DNA of 64,000 bases from an uncultured Actinomycetes bacterium (GTDB taxonomy: Bacteria; Actinomycetota; Actinomycetes; Nanopelagicales; Nanopelagicaceae), in NCBI GenBank assembly GCA_903863015.1, contig CAIPAI010000043.1, positions 5,634 through 69,633 of the forward strand, read 5' to 3'. The notes beneath the pieces were generated by a model. That model saw only the letters and a program-made list of their open reading frames with translations. It made no database searches and was not told the origin of the DNA. The position numbers and the translations under genes were made by a program. This document shows positions 1 through 8,918 of the stretch, piece by piece (the stretch's first letter is position 1; each line of letters begins with the position of its first letter).

Positions 1-558
1 TGCTTCGAAAAGCTTCTTGGCTTCGGCGCCGCGAATTTGTACTGGTTGGAAAGCGTCGAAGACGATCATCGCGATGTTTCCTGGCTTGCCAATGGCATCC
101 ATCATCGCTTGAGCGCTTGCGCTACCCAGGAATCCGTTGTCCGTAGTGACGTTGACGAGGATTGGATCCTCAGTGCCACCGGTATCGAGACCGAAGACTG
201 GAACGTTGGCTGCCTTTGCAGCGGCCAAACCTTCGCCGAACTCTTTAGGAGTTCCGAAGGCGAGCACGATGGCATCGACCTTCTGTGAAACAGCGGTAGT
301 GATTTCGCCGTTTACCTTGGCGTTGTCGCTCTTGGTATCGGTGACTGAAGTCTTAAAGCCAGCCGCTTCGGCAGCCTTGACGAACTCGTCGATGGCGGTC
401 TTAGCAGCAGGTTGTGCTGAATAGTCTGGCGAAATAATTGCAATGGTCTTTGCTGGGGCTGGGGCTGGGGCTGCCTCAGACGAACTAGATGAGCTACAAG
501 CAGCGAGCGCAAAGAGCGCTGCCACAGTTGCTCCGATGATCCCTAACTTCTTCTGCAT
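1..558 (-). CDS. Sugar ABC transporter substrate-binding lipoprotein (type I periplasmic-binding fold). Only the 5' part is present; the gene runs off the left edge.
   Basis: My own minus-strand translation from the ATG at 556-558 gives MQKKLGIIGATVAALFALAACSSSSSSEAAPAPAPAKTIAIISPDYSAQP...VDAIVLAFG...VPVFGLDTGG. It has a signal peptide with lipobox LAAC and an RbsB-like layout. It is absent from the ORF track because there is no stop in the window. Confidence 0.75.
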   Translation of the reverse strand, partial: MQKKLGIIGATVAALFALAACSSSSSSEAAPAPAPAKTIAIISPDYSAQPAAKTAIDEFVKAAEAAGFKTSVTDTKSDNAKVNGEITTAVSQKVDAIVLAFGTPKEFGEGLAAAKAANVPVFGLDTGGTEDPILVNVTTDNGFLGSASAQAMMDAIGKPGNIAMIVFDAFQPVQIRGAEAKKLFEA

Positions 559-695
559 CCGTACTCCTCTGTGAAGGTCTGTCCGTAGTAGGTGCTTCTT
601 CCCATCAGAATTGACAGTAAGAGCCTGGAGCCACGCCGTCAAGAGAAAACTAGTTTTTTCTTGTGTCGGAGGGGCAACAGCCCTAAGGTAGCGCC

Positions 696-1916
696 ATGGC
701 TAAGAGTCCCGCATCCCAATTAATTACCTCCTCAGAGGCGATCGATGGCCACTTCGGCCCCTACGGCGGTCGTTTCGTTCCAGAAGCCCTGATCACCGCT
801 CTAGATGAACTGGAACGCACCTATAACGCCGCCAAGGTGGATCCGGCCTTTATCGCCGAATTAGCCGAATTAAATGCCACGTATATCGGTCGTCCCAGCA
901 TCCTCACAGAGGCGCATAATTTTTCGAAAGAGTGCGGTGGCGCTCGCATCCTTTTAAAGCGTGAAGATCTCAACCACACCGGCTCGCACAAAATCAACAA
1001 TGTGATTGGCCAAGCGCTCATCACGAAGCGCATGGGCAAGAAGCGCATCATCGCTGAGACGGGTGCCGGACAGCATGGTGTGGCAGCTGCCACGGCCGCA
1101 GCTCTCATGGGCTTTGAATGTGTTGTGTATATGGGTGCGGAAGATATTCGCCGTCAATCCCTCAACGTAGCTCGCATGAAGCTACTCGGTGCCGAAGTTG
1201 TTCCAGTTACATCCGGATCACAAACCCTCAAAGATGCACTGAACGAAGCGATGCGCGATTGGGTTACGAATGTAGCGACTACGCATTACCTACTCGGGAC
1301 TGTTGCCGGACCCCATCCTTTTCCTACGATGGTTCGCGACTTCCATAGCGTGATCGGTATTGAGGCACGTGAACAAGTTCTCGCACTCACTGGCAAACTT
1401 CCAGACGCAGTCTTGGCTTGCGTCGGTGGCGGCTCAAATGCCATCGGAATTTTCCACCGCTTCATCTCAGATCCTTCTGTACGACTCATTGGATTGGAAG
1501 CCGGCGGAGATGGCATCGACACTGGCCGTCACGCCTCAAGTATCTCTGGTGGTTCCAGCGGCGTGCTCCACGGGTCGCGCACATATGTATTGCAAGATGA
1601 AGATGGACAGACGATCGAATCGCACTCCATCTCGGCAGGTTTGGATTACCCAGGCGTGGGTCCAGAGCATGCCTACCTCAAAGACATGGGACGCGCGGAA
1701 TATCGCTCGGTGACGGATGCGCAAGCAATGGAAGCATTCTCACTTCTTTCGCGCACCGAAGGAATCATCCCAGCAATCGAGACAGCCCACGCGCTCTACG
1801 GCGCTATGGTGCTCGGTCGCGAGCTCGGTCCAGATGCCACCATCTTGATTAACCTTTCTGGCCGCGGAGATAAAGATGTGCAGACCGCTGCTGCATGGTT
1901 TGGTATCGAACTCTGA
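696..1916 (+). CDS. trpB: Tryptophan synthase beta chain
   Basis: 406-aa ORF with the PLP-lysine context [17 protein letters not shown] and GGGSNAIG. It is full length. Confidence 0.97.
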   Translation: MAKSPASQLITSSEAIDGHFGPYGGRFVPEALITALDELERTYNAAKVDPAFIAELAELNATYIGRPSILTEAHNFSKECGGARILLKREDLNHTGSHKINNVIGQALITKRMGKKRIIAETGAGQHGVAAATAAALMGFECVVYMGAEDIRRQSLNVARMKLLGAEVVPVTSGSQTLKDALNEAMRDWVTNVATTHYLLGTVAGPHPFPTMVRDFHSVIGIEAREQVLALTGKLPDAVLACVGGGSNAIGIFHRFISDPSVRLIGLEAGGDGIDTGRHASSISGGSSGVLHGSRTYVLQDEDGQTIESHSISAGLDYPGVGPEHAYLKDMGRAEYRSVTDAQAMEAFSLLSRTEGIIPAIETAHALYGAMVLGRELGPDATILINLSGRGDKDVQTAAAWFGIEL

Positions 1917-2707
1917 TGTCGCTCCTCTCCGAACTCTTCATCCGCACGCGCGCGGAGAACCGTGCCGCACTCATTGGCTACTTACCTGCAGGCTTTCCCA
2001 CTCAGGAGATGTCGATCAAGGTAATCAAGGCAATGATCGAAGGCGGCGTCGATGCCGTTGAGATCGGATTCCCTTATAGCGACCCAGTCATGGATGGTCC
2101 GATCATCCAAGAAGCCGCTGAAACAGCTCGCGCGGCTGGTATCACGATGAAGAAGACTCTTGAGGTGGTACGCGAAGTTGCTACCACCGGTGCACCCACG
2201 TTGATGATGACCTACTGGAACCCGATCGATCGGTACGGCGTTGAGCGTTATGCCGAAGATTTCCACGCAGCCGGCATGGAGGGCGTCATTACACCTGACC
2301 TCACCTTCGAAGAGGCTGATGAATGGCTTGGACTAACTGACCGACTTGGCCTCCATCCTATTTTCGTAGTGGCGCCTAGTACCGCAGATGAACGACTGAA
2401 ACTAGTCGCTTCAAAGTGCTCTGGCTTTATCTATGCAGCAAGCACCATGGGTGTGACTGGTGCACGAACTTCAGTCTCATCTGCAGCCAGCACACTTGTT
2501 GAGCGTCTCCGTGCAATTACCGATACGCCAGTCTGCGTAGGCCTTGGCGTTTCCAATGGCGAACAAGCGGCCGAGGTAGCCAAATATGCCGATGGTGTGA
2601 TCGTGGGTTCGGCTTTCGTGAAAGCGGTACTTGCTCATCCTGAAGATCCGCTTCCTGGAGTGCGCGCAGTTGCTGAAGATCTAGCTCGCGGAGTGCGCAA
2701 CCGCTAA
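1916..2707 (+). CDS. trpA: Tryptophan synthase alpha chain
   Basis: The ORF-track frame begins at 1895, but the ATG at 1916 overlaps the trpB TGA (TGATG) and gives MSLLSELF... The product shows typical TrpA motifs (EIGFPYSDPVMDGPIIQ, GFIYAAS.MGVTG). Confidence 0.95.
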   Translation: MSLLSELFIRTRAENRAALIGYLPAGFPTQEMSIKVIKAMIEGGVDAVEIGFPYSDPVMDGPIIQEAAETARAAGITMKKTLEVVREVATTGAPTLMMTYWNPIDRYGVERYAEDFHAAGMEGVITPDLTFEEADEWLGLTDRLGLHPIFVVAPSTADERLKLVASKCSGFIYAASTMGVTGARTSVSSAASTLVERLRAITDTPVCVGLGVSNGEQAAEVAKYADGVIVGSAFVKAVLAHPEDPLPGVRAVAEDLARGVRNR

Positions 2708-5355
2708 GCGACTTCCTTAGCCAAAGCTCTTGAAAGTATCGGCACCGCATCAGCCCAAGTCATTCCAAAGGTTTCTGCGAACACCGTTTCAAAACTCTTT
2801 CCACCAGCAACGTCTTTGTACATTTGCATGATGACATCTGGACCTTTGATAGCCGCAAAGATTTCACTCACCAAAAAGCCTACGTCGTAAAGCCGCCATT
2901 GCGGATAAGTTTCCCATGGCGCCCAGGACGGGGATGTTGATGGTCCAAGATATGCGTTAAACCATGCTTCGTTATACGTAGCGTTATGGATGAGCTCACC
3001 AGTATCACGGAGACGCTCCGCCAAATACGCATCGTACGACGCATAATCAAGGGCAGCGGCTTGCGAGAACTCAGCCCCACCTTCCAATAACCATCGTGGA
3101 AGATCCCAATAGTGGTAGGGAGTGCCTCTCATCTGAGTTTGTTGAATAGTGTGACTGTATTCATGAGCTTCCAGAGTGCCGTTCGAATGATTGGGATCAC
3201 TCTTCCCCCATGGACTCACAGCGCTCAGAATGATTCCATCGCCAGCAGTGTTCACCCAACTGCTGGCGCCCCAGCAGGTGCTTTCCGTTTGGCAATTATT
3301 TCTTGCCGCGCTATCCCCCGTCGCCAAACCTGTTTGCAGAGCTGCGTACTGCGCCTGTGCCCAATCAATGTCTTGATAGCCGTAATAGATCAGATAAAGA
3401 TGCGCAACTTGATTGAAACCTGCGTAAAGGCGTGACGCCAAATCAATTCCCACCCTTGGATTGGAATTATCCAATGTTGAGTTGGGGCCAATGAGTGTTG
3501 TGACTACCCCTACCGTCGCAGTTGAGGTCTCCACCTTGGCTTTGCTCTTCGTCCATGCAGCTAATGTGACTGCTGCAGGGTTTGCATTGAGTGCGGCCTC
3601 AAGGGTTCCAAGCGAAGTAAGGCTCACTGGCGTCGGGGTGGGCATTGGTGCCGGAGCAGGTGTGGGTACGTCGAGTGCAATGCGAATTTCGTCATTTGCA
3701 CCGTTACTCACCAAGGTTATTTTGAGCCCTGAGTAGGTCAAAGACTTCCCTGGAGTGTTGAGTAGGATCTGCTCCATAGAAATGCTGCCGCCGATAACAA
3801 GCGTGGGATACCAAGAATCTGCGGTTTTTCCATCCGGCCGTAAATACACGGCAAAGCGAGCAACATCATCACCGCGCCCCTCACCCGTTCGATCATTTTC
3901 AATACTTGTATCCACGAGGTATGCAGTCACGCCACCAAAGCTGTCATACCAACTTGGGCCCCATTTATCCTTGCGTCGAGATTCTATGACGAGCACCTGA
4001 TGATCGTTGAGGGTGATCATCGCAGAACGCACACCCGCTTCTTCACGTTCCATGGGAACTAATTTGACGGTCGTAGAAGTGATGTGATCCTTCGAAATGC
4101 AATAAACATCTCCAGGATTGAGCCACCCCGAAATAAGCGCATCCCATGTCGATAACGTCGAAGATTTTCCGGATTGATTTCCCATGATGTTGAGGTCCAC
4201 ATAATCATGTGGAGCGTGGCCTTCAAGACCGTAGGAGTGCATGACCTCGTGCATCCACCACGACCAGATTGGAAGGTTATTTGCATAGATGTACGCTCCC
4301 GGGGCAAAGAAACTAAAGCGCTGAGCCCCTTGATTTGTTTGCCAGGTACGTCCCCGTAAAGTGAATTCAGTTTCTACGGCGCGCGTAGCAGAGGGTAGTA
4401 AGAAGAAGACGGCACCCACTCCAGTGAAGTCGTAATAATCCTTCGCAGCCGTGATGAGCTGATTGCCCATCTCTACATCAGTCTGTGCTTGCGGAGTGGT
4501 TTGCCCGGCATACCCTCCTGACGGTGGATGTGCCCAGTTATATTGTGTTGACGGTTTAGGTGCGCGAATCCACTCGTTATGCACTTGCCATTGAAATTTC
4601 AACTTATCGTTGGTGTAGTACTTGAGCCAAGCATTTACATTATCAATTTGTGACTGACCCACATCCAAAGGTTTGCCGGAACCTGGTACATCTGAGAAAT
4701 CGATTGGGATGAAGGCCACCTTGGTAGTTCCGATTAACTGTAGATTCGGTTCTCGCGAGAAATCCGAAGCAGGGTATGCAACCGCCCCGGTCCAAGGTTG
4801 CGAACTCGTTGCACGATGATCCGTCAGCTGACATACCGAGAGTGGATCTCCCCCAGCAGTAGGTATCACTACGACTGGTGCTGGTGCTGGTGCGGGTGTC
4901 GGCACGGGAATTAAGGTTGGAGTAGGTGTTGGAGTAGGTGTTGGAGTAGGTGTTGAAGTAGGAGTCGGAACCGGCGTGGGTGCCGGCTCGATTGTGGACG
5001 TCTCTGCAGGTTTTGGCGGGGTAGCGCATCCGGCTGATGTTGTCGGGGATGTTGCTGTCGCGCAGAGCGTGGGAAGCGGTTTTGGCGTGGGAGTCGGTAT
5101 TGGTTTTGGTGTGGGAGTCGTTATTGGTTTTGGTGTGGGAGTTGGTGTTGGCTTTGGCTTGGAGATCACAGGGCTCTTCACCACTTGCCAGAGCTTCTTC
5201 TTTCCCACCTGAGCACAGATGAGTTGTTGGCTCTTTAAAGTAGTTTTCTGCCCGATCTTGGTGCAGGTGGATCCGACCTTAACCGATGCGGCAGAGGCCG
5301 GGATTGAGAGCAACAGTGCGAGTGCCGCCGCCATGAGAACCCGCAGAGTACGCAC
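2704..5355 (-). CDS. Secreted multidomain protein with two zincin HExxH motifs: an M6/InhA-like N-terminal catalytic region and a gluzincin-like C-terminal region. It also has PT-rich linkers.
   Basis: The 883-aa ORF starts with signal peptide MRTLRVLMAAALALLLSIPASA. WWMHEVMHSYGLEGH is encoded at 4237-4251. HEYSH is encoded at 3151-3165 and is followed 22 residues later by WLLEGGAEF, which resembles the M1-type WLxEG third-ligand motif. Two PT/PA linkers are present. Confidence 0.8.
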   Translation of the reverse strand: MRTLRVLMAAALALLLSIPASAASVKVGSTCTKIGQKTTLKSQQLICAQVGKKKLWQVVKSPVISKPKPTPTPTPKPITTPTPKPIPTPTPKPLPTLCATATSPTTSAGCATPPKPAETSTIEPAPTPVPTPTSTPTPTPTPTPTPTLIPVPTPAPAPAPVVVIPTAGGDPLSVCQLTDHRATSSQPWTGAVAYPASDFSREPNLQLIGTTKVAFIPIDFSDVPGSGKPLDVGQSQIDNVNAWLKYYTNDKLKFQWQVHNEWIRAPKPSTQYNWAHPPSGGYAGQTTPQAQTDVEMGNQLITAAKDYYDFTGVGAVFFLLPSATRAVETEFTLRGRTWQTNQGAQRFSFFAPGAYIYANNLPIWSWWMHEVMHSYGLEGHAPHDYVDLNIMGNQSGKSSTLSTWDALISGWLNPGDVYCISKDHITSTTVKLVPMEREEAGVRSAMITLNDHQVLVIESRRKDKWGPSWYDSFGGVTAYLVDTSIENDRTGEGRGDDVARFAVYLRPDGKTADSWYPTLVIGGSISMEQILLNTPGKSLTYSGLKITLVSNGANDEIRIALDVPTPAPAPMPTPTPVSLTSLGTLEAALNANPAAVTLAAWTKSKAKVETSTATVGVVTTLIGPNSTLDNSNPRVGIDLASRLYAGFNQVAHLYLIYYGYQDIDWAQAQYAALQTGLATGDSAARNNCQTESTCWGASSWVNTAGDGIILSAVSPWGKSDPNHSNGTLEAHEYSHTIQQTQMRGTPYHYWDLPRWLLEGGAEFSQAAALDYASYDAYLAERLRDTGELIHNATYNEAWFNAYLGPSTSPSWAPWETYPQWRLYDVGFLVSEIFAAIKGPDVIMQMYKDVAGGKSFETVFAETFGMTWADAVPILSRALAKEVA
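4876..5160 (-). repeat. Tandem short-period repeats encoding the Pro-Thr/Pro-Lys linker of the secreted zincin protein
   Basis: Repeated ggtgttggagta units and ~30-nt ggttttggtgtgggagt(c/t)g units are visible. They translate to KPTPTPTPKPITTPTPKPIPTPTPKP...TPTPTPTPTPTPT. Confidence 0.85.
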
Positions 5356-5401
5356 TTGATCAAATTACCACTCAAATCAAAGTAACTGTGATCTACCCGT
5401 T

Positions 5402-5472
5402 GCAAAGAATCTTTGCGCTTCAAGCGCCCGTACTCCTCCTCTGTATATACAGACTCCCCTGTATATACGGAC
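5402..5472. promoter_or_regulatory. Cluster of dyad symmetries (candidate operators) in the divergent intergenic region between the secreted zincin gene and hicA
   Basis: Three elements are visible. GCAAAGAATCTTTGC lies at 5402-5416. GCGCTTCAAGCGC lies at 5415-5427. TGTATATAC(A/G)GAC occurs as a direct repeat at 5442-5454 and 5460-5472, and its core TGTATATACA is a perfect palindrome. Confidence 0.4.
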
Positions 5473-5525
5473 ATTCCTTGCCCCTATCCCTTCACCACGC
5501 TTCGCCCATCGAGCAATTTCCCAAT

Positions 5526-5753
5526 ATGAAAGCGCGGCAACTTCTAAGAATCCTTCAACGGGATCCACTCAATTATGTAGAGGTTCACCAACGTAGGCGC
5601 GGATCTCATCGACTACTCAGAGCGACCGGAAGAAAAGACGTGGTGTTTCACGATCGCGTTACCGTACCTCCTAGATTTGTGAGGAATCTTCTAGTAACCG
5701 ACATCTGTGTCTCCGAGAGAGAGGCAATTCAATTGTTAAGGAGGAACGTATGA
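5526..5753 (+). CDS. hicA: HicA-family (YcfA-like) mRNA-interferase toxin homologue
   Basis: The product is MKARQLLRILQRDPLNYVEVHQRRRGSHRLLRATGRKDVVFHDRVTVPPRFVRNLL..., 75 aa from the ATG at 5526. The MK.R.LL..L N-terminus, the GSHR motif and the FHD..tv.P segment are typical of HicA-like proteins. Confidence 0.6.
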   Translation: MKARQLLRILQRDPLNYVEVHQRRRGSHRLLRATGRKDVVFHDRVTVPPRFVRNLLVTDICVSEREAIQLLRRNV

Positions 5754-5876
5754 ATGAATCGAAGATAGAGAGCAATTACACGAGAACGTGCGCATTGCAA
5801 CTGCAGACTGCTTTGGTGAGGAAGTCGAAATAGCCGAGGTCTTCGCGAATCACGCCCCAAAGAACCAATTAACTCA

Positions 5877-7220
5877 CTAGATAAGCGAGGCGATTGCCTT
5901 CTCGATGATTTCCAGAGCTTCGCGGAGCAGGTGTTCAGGCATCACGAGTGGCGGCAGGAAGCGAAGAACGTTTCCATAAGTACCCGCTGAAAGAACGAGA
6001 ACACCTTCTGCGGTGCAGTACTTCACAATCTGCGAAACCGCATCCGGATTTGGATCCTTGGTGCCTGGCTTCACTAATTCGATTGCCACCATAGCGCCGC
6101 GGCCGCGAACATCACCGATCACTGGATGTTTCGCTTGCATCTCAAGTAAGGATGAAGTCATGATCTCGCCGAGCACCTTCGCTTGGCTCACCAAATCTTG
6201 CTCTTCGATAGTTTCGATGGCACCTAACGCAGCGGCACACGCGATGGGTGAACCGCCGTAAGTCCCACCGAGACCGCCGACGTGCACGCTATCCATAATT
6301 TCGGCGCGCCCAGTAACAGCAGAGAGCGGCAGGCCACCGGCAATGCCCTTAGCAGTAGTGATGAGATCTGGAATGACACCTTCATCTTCGCAGGCAAACA
6401 TTTGACCGGTACGCGCAAAACCGGTCTGTACTTCGTCTGCCACAAATACGATCCCGTGCTTCTTCGCGAAAGCTGCAAGCCCAGGTAGGAAACCCTTAGG
6501 CGGAACAATAAAGCCACCTTCGCCTTGAATAGGCTCGATTACGATAGCCGCGACATTCTCTGGACCGAGTTCCTTCTCCACCTTATGAATAAATTCCTCA
6601 AGGGCTTCGGCGGCGCAGTTCTCTTCGCCGGTAAGCCAACGGTATGGATAGGCCATCGGCATGCGATAAATCTCAGAAGCAAATGGACCAAAACCTTGCT
6701 TGTAAGGCATGTTCTTCGCGGTCATCGCCATAGTGAGATTAGTGCGACCGTGGTAACCATGCTCAAAAACAATCACTGCTTGGCGCTTCGTGTATACGCG
6801 CGCAATCTTGACTGCGTTCTCTAGCGCCTCTGCCCCCGAGTTGAAGAGCGCGCTCTTCTTCTCGTGATCGCCAGGCGTGAGGCGATTGAGGTGCTCACAC
6901 ACTTCGACGTAACCCATGTAAGGAGCAACCATGAAACATGTGTGAGTGAACGCGGCAACCTGTGCCTGAACATTTTCTACAACTTTATCTGCCGAGTTGC
7001 CTACGTTAACGACCGCAATTCCTGCGCCCATGTCGATGATGGAGTTACCGTCGACGTCTTGAATCACTCCGCCACCAGCAGCAGTAACGAATACTGGCAT
7101 ACCCACACCGAGGCCAGCGCTCACTGCGGCGCTACGGCGCTTGAGGAGTTCAGCGGACTTAGGTCCAGGAATAGAAGTTACAAGTTTGCGCTCTTGGGGC
7201 AATGATGGACCGCCGGACAT
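5877..7220 (-). CDS. gabT: 4-aminobutyrate aminotransferase (class III PLP)
   Basis: 447-aa ORF with the GabT-like N-terminus (IPGPKS..LL.RR) and motifs DEVQTGFARTG and TTAKGIAGGLPLSA. Confidence 0.9.
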   Translation of the reverse strand: MSGGPSLPQERKLVTSIPGPKSAELLKRRSAAVSAGLGVGMPVFVTAAGGGVIQDVDGNSIIDMGAGIAVVNVGNSADKVVENVQAQVAAFTHTCFMVAPYMGYVEVCEHLNRLTPGDHEKKSALFNSGAEALENAVKIARVYTKRQAVIVFEHGYHGRTNLTMAMTAKNMPYKQGFGPFASEIYRMPMAYPYRWLTGEENCAAEALEEFIHKVEKELGPENVAAIVIEPIQGEGGFIVPPKGFLPGLAAFAKKHGIVFVADEVQTGFARTGQMFACEDEGVIPDLITTAKGIAGGLPLSAVTGRAEIMDSVHVGGLGGTYGGSPIACAAALGAIETIEEQDLVSQAKVLGEIMTSSLLEMQAKHPVIGDVRGRGAMVAIELVKPGTKDPNPDAVSQIVKYCTAEGVLVLSAGTYGNVLRFLPPLVMPEHLLREALEIIEKAIASLI

Positions 7221-7261
7221 GAAGACTCCTCACTAAGACTGTGGAGCCATCCTAACCCAGG

Positions 7262-8062
7262 TCAGGCAGCCAGCGCCTTTCGCTTGCGGGCGCCAACAAT
7301 CTGGCCAATAACCACGATGGCCAGCGCGATCAGGAAGACTCCGGCGCCAATCACGTTCACTTGGGGTGGGATGCCTCGTTGAGCCGAGCCCCAGACAAAC
7401 ATCGGGAAAGTAACGGTGGAGCCGGAGTTGAAGTTAGTCACAATGAAGTCATCAAAAGAGAGCGAGAAAGAGAGCAACGCGGCACTTGCGATACCTGGCG
7501 CAAGGAGTGGCAAGGTGATGCGGCGGAAAGTCTGCCATTCGTTTGCGTAGAGATCCATGGCCGCTTGCTCTAGCCGTGGATCCATACCGGCCAGACGTGC
7601 CTTGACCGTAACTACTACGAACGAGAGGCAGAACATAATGTGCGCGATCAGAATGGTCCAGAATCCGAGCGGGAAGCTCGCCGAAACGAAGAGAGTGAGC
7701 AGCGATGAACCCATTACTACTTCTGGAGAGGCCATCGGCAAAAAGAGCAGCAGGTTCGCCACACCTTTACCGCGGAAGCGATAGCGCATCAGCGCGTAAG
7801 CCATCAAAGTTCCCAAGATGGTGGCGCCGATCGTGGAGAGTAAACCGATTTTGAGACTCACCATCACTGACGGGCACATCGCCTCCGCGCCAGAACAGGG
7901 ATGCAGCCAGTTGTCGAGCGTAAATTTATCGAAGGTGTAAGTAAGTCGCGACTTTGGTTCGTTGAACGAAAGCGCAATAACCACGAATACTGGGATGAAC
8001 ATGTAGAACAACACCAACATTCCAACGATCATGATGATGTTCTTACGAATCCAATTCATCAC
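7262..8062 (-). CDS. potC: Spermidine/putrescine ABC transporter permease (PotC-like)
   Basis: 266-aa polytopic membrane protein carrying the EAA-loop-like motif EQAAMDLYANEWQTFRRITLP. It is translationally coupled to the upstream permease gene. Confidence 0.85.
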   Translation of the reverse strand: MMNWIRKNIIMIVGMLVLFYMFIPVFVVIALSFNEPKSRLTYTFDKFTLDNWLHPCSGAEAMCPSVMVSLKIGLLSTIGATILGTLMAYALMRYRFRGKGVANLLLFLPMASPEVVMGSSLLTLFVSASFPLGFWTILIAHIMFCLSFVVVTVKARLAGMDPRLEQAAMDLYANEWQTFRRITLPLLAPGIASAALLSFSLSFDDFIVTNFNSGSTVTFPMFVWGSAQRGIPPQVNVIGAGVFLIALAIVVIGQIVGARKRKALAA

Positions 8063-8913
8063 TACACCAACTCTTCAGTGCCGGCGCGCTTCACATATGT
8101 GGCTACCAAAATAACAATGGCAGCCATAAGTACGAAGGAGAGCGCGGCCGCGGTGGGGTAAGCGCCGCGTTCTAAGAATGCGCGATCAATAACATTACCA
8201 ATCATGGTGGTGTTCTTAATGCCACCAAGAAGTTGGGCATTGATGTAGTCACCCGACGCGGGGATAAAGGTAAGAAGTGTGCCAGCTACTACTCCTGGCA
8301 TAGAAAGCGGCAGCACTACTCGACGAAAACCTGTGAAGGGCTTCGAGTAGAGATCGCCAGCAGCTTCGATTAGCCGCGGATCAACCTTTTCCAAACTAGT
8401 GAAGAGTGGAAGAGTCATAAACGGCAGGAAGTTATAGGTAAGACCCATCACCACCGCAAAAGGCGTAGCTAAAATACGTCCACCTTCAGGAAGAATGTGG
8501 ATGTTCTGCAAGAAGTGCACAAAGCTTGAGTTATCGCCGAGAATCGCGGTCCAGGCAAGGGTGCGCAGCAAGAAAGATGTGAAGAAGGGTGCAATGACGA
8601 GTACTAAGAGGATGTTCTTCCACTTCCCAGATTTAAGCGCAATCGCGTAGGCAAGCGGGTAAGCGATAACGAGTGCGAGCACGGTTGCGATGGCCGCAAA
8701 AATAAAAGAGCGGAGGAATTGTGGCCAGTACTCACTCAATGCATCGACGTAGTTGCCTACGTGACCATTCATGACATAGCCAGTCTCGAGCGATCCGCTC
8801 GGATCGTAAAGACTGGTGGCACCCAGGTTGAACATCGGAGTTAAGAAGAAAATCGCCAACCAGAGCGCACCAGGAGCCAGGAGTAGGTAAGGCACCCACT
8901 TCTTATTGGTCAC
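8062..8913 (-). CDS. potB: Spermidine/putrescine ABC transporter permease (PotB-like)
   Basis: 283-aa membrane protein with the EAA loop IEAAGDLYSKPFTGFRRVVLP. Confidence 0.85.
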   Translation of the reverse strand: MTNKKWVPYLLLAPGALWLAIFFLTPMFNLGATSLYDPSGSLETGYVMNGHVGNYVDALSEYWPQFLRSFIFAAIATVLALVIAYPLAYAIALKSGKWKNILLVLVIAPFFTSFLLRTLAWTAILGDNSSFVHFLQNIHILPEGGRILATPFAVVMGLTYNFLPFMTLPLFTSLEKVDPRLIEAAGDLYSKPFTGFRRVVLPLSMPGVVAGTLLTFIPASGDYINAQLLGGIKNTTMIGNVIDRAFLERGAYPTAAALSFVLMAAIVILVATYVKRAGTEELV

Positions 8914-8918
8914 CGGAT

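Noticed and set aside
4860-5170. Highly regular short tandem repeats could be mistaken for a CRISPR-like or minisatellite array.
   Set aside because: The period is 6-30 nt with no unique spacers. The repeats lie inside an open reading frame and simply encode a Pro-Thr/Pro-Lys linker.
5750-5833. The 27-codon ORF overlapping the hicA stop was considered as a bona fide HicB antitoxin.
   Set aside because: It is too short and bears no resemblance to the HicB N-terminal fold sequence. It is kept only as a possible remnant or mini-antitoxin in the HicA finding, not annotated as a gene.
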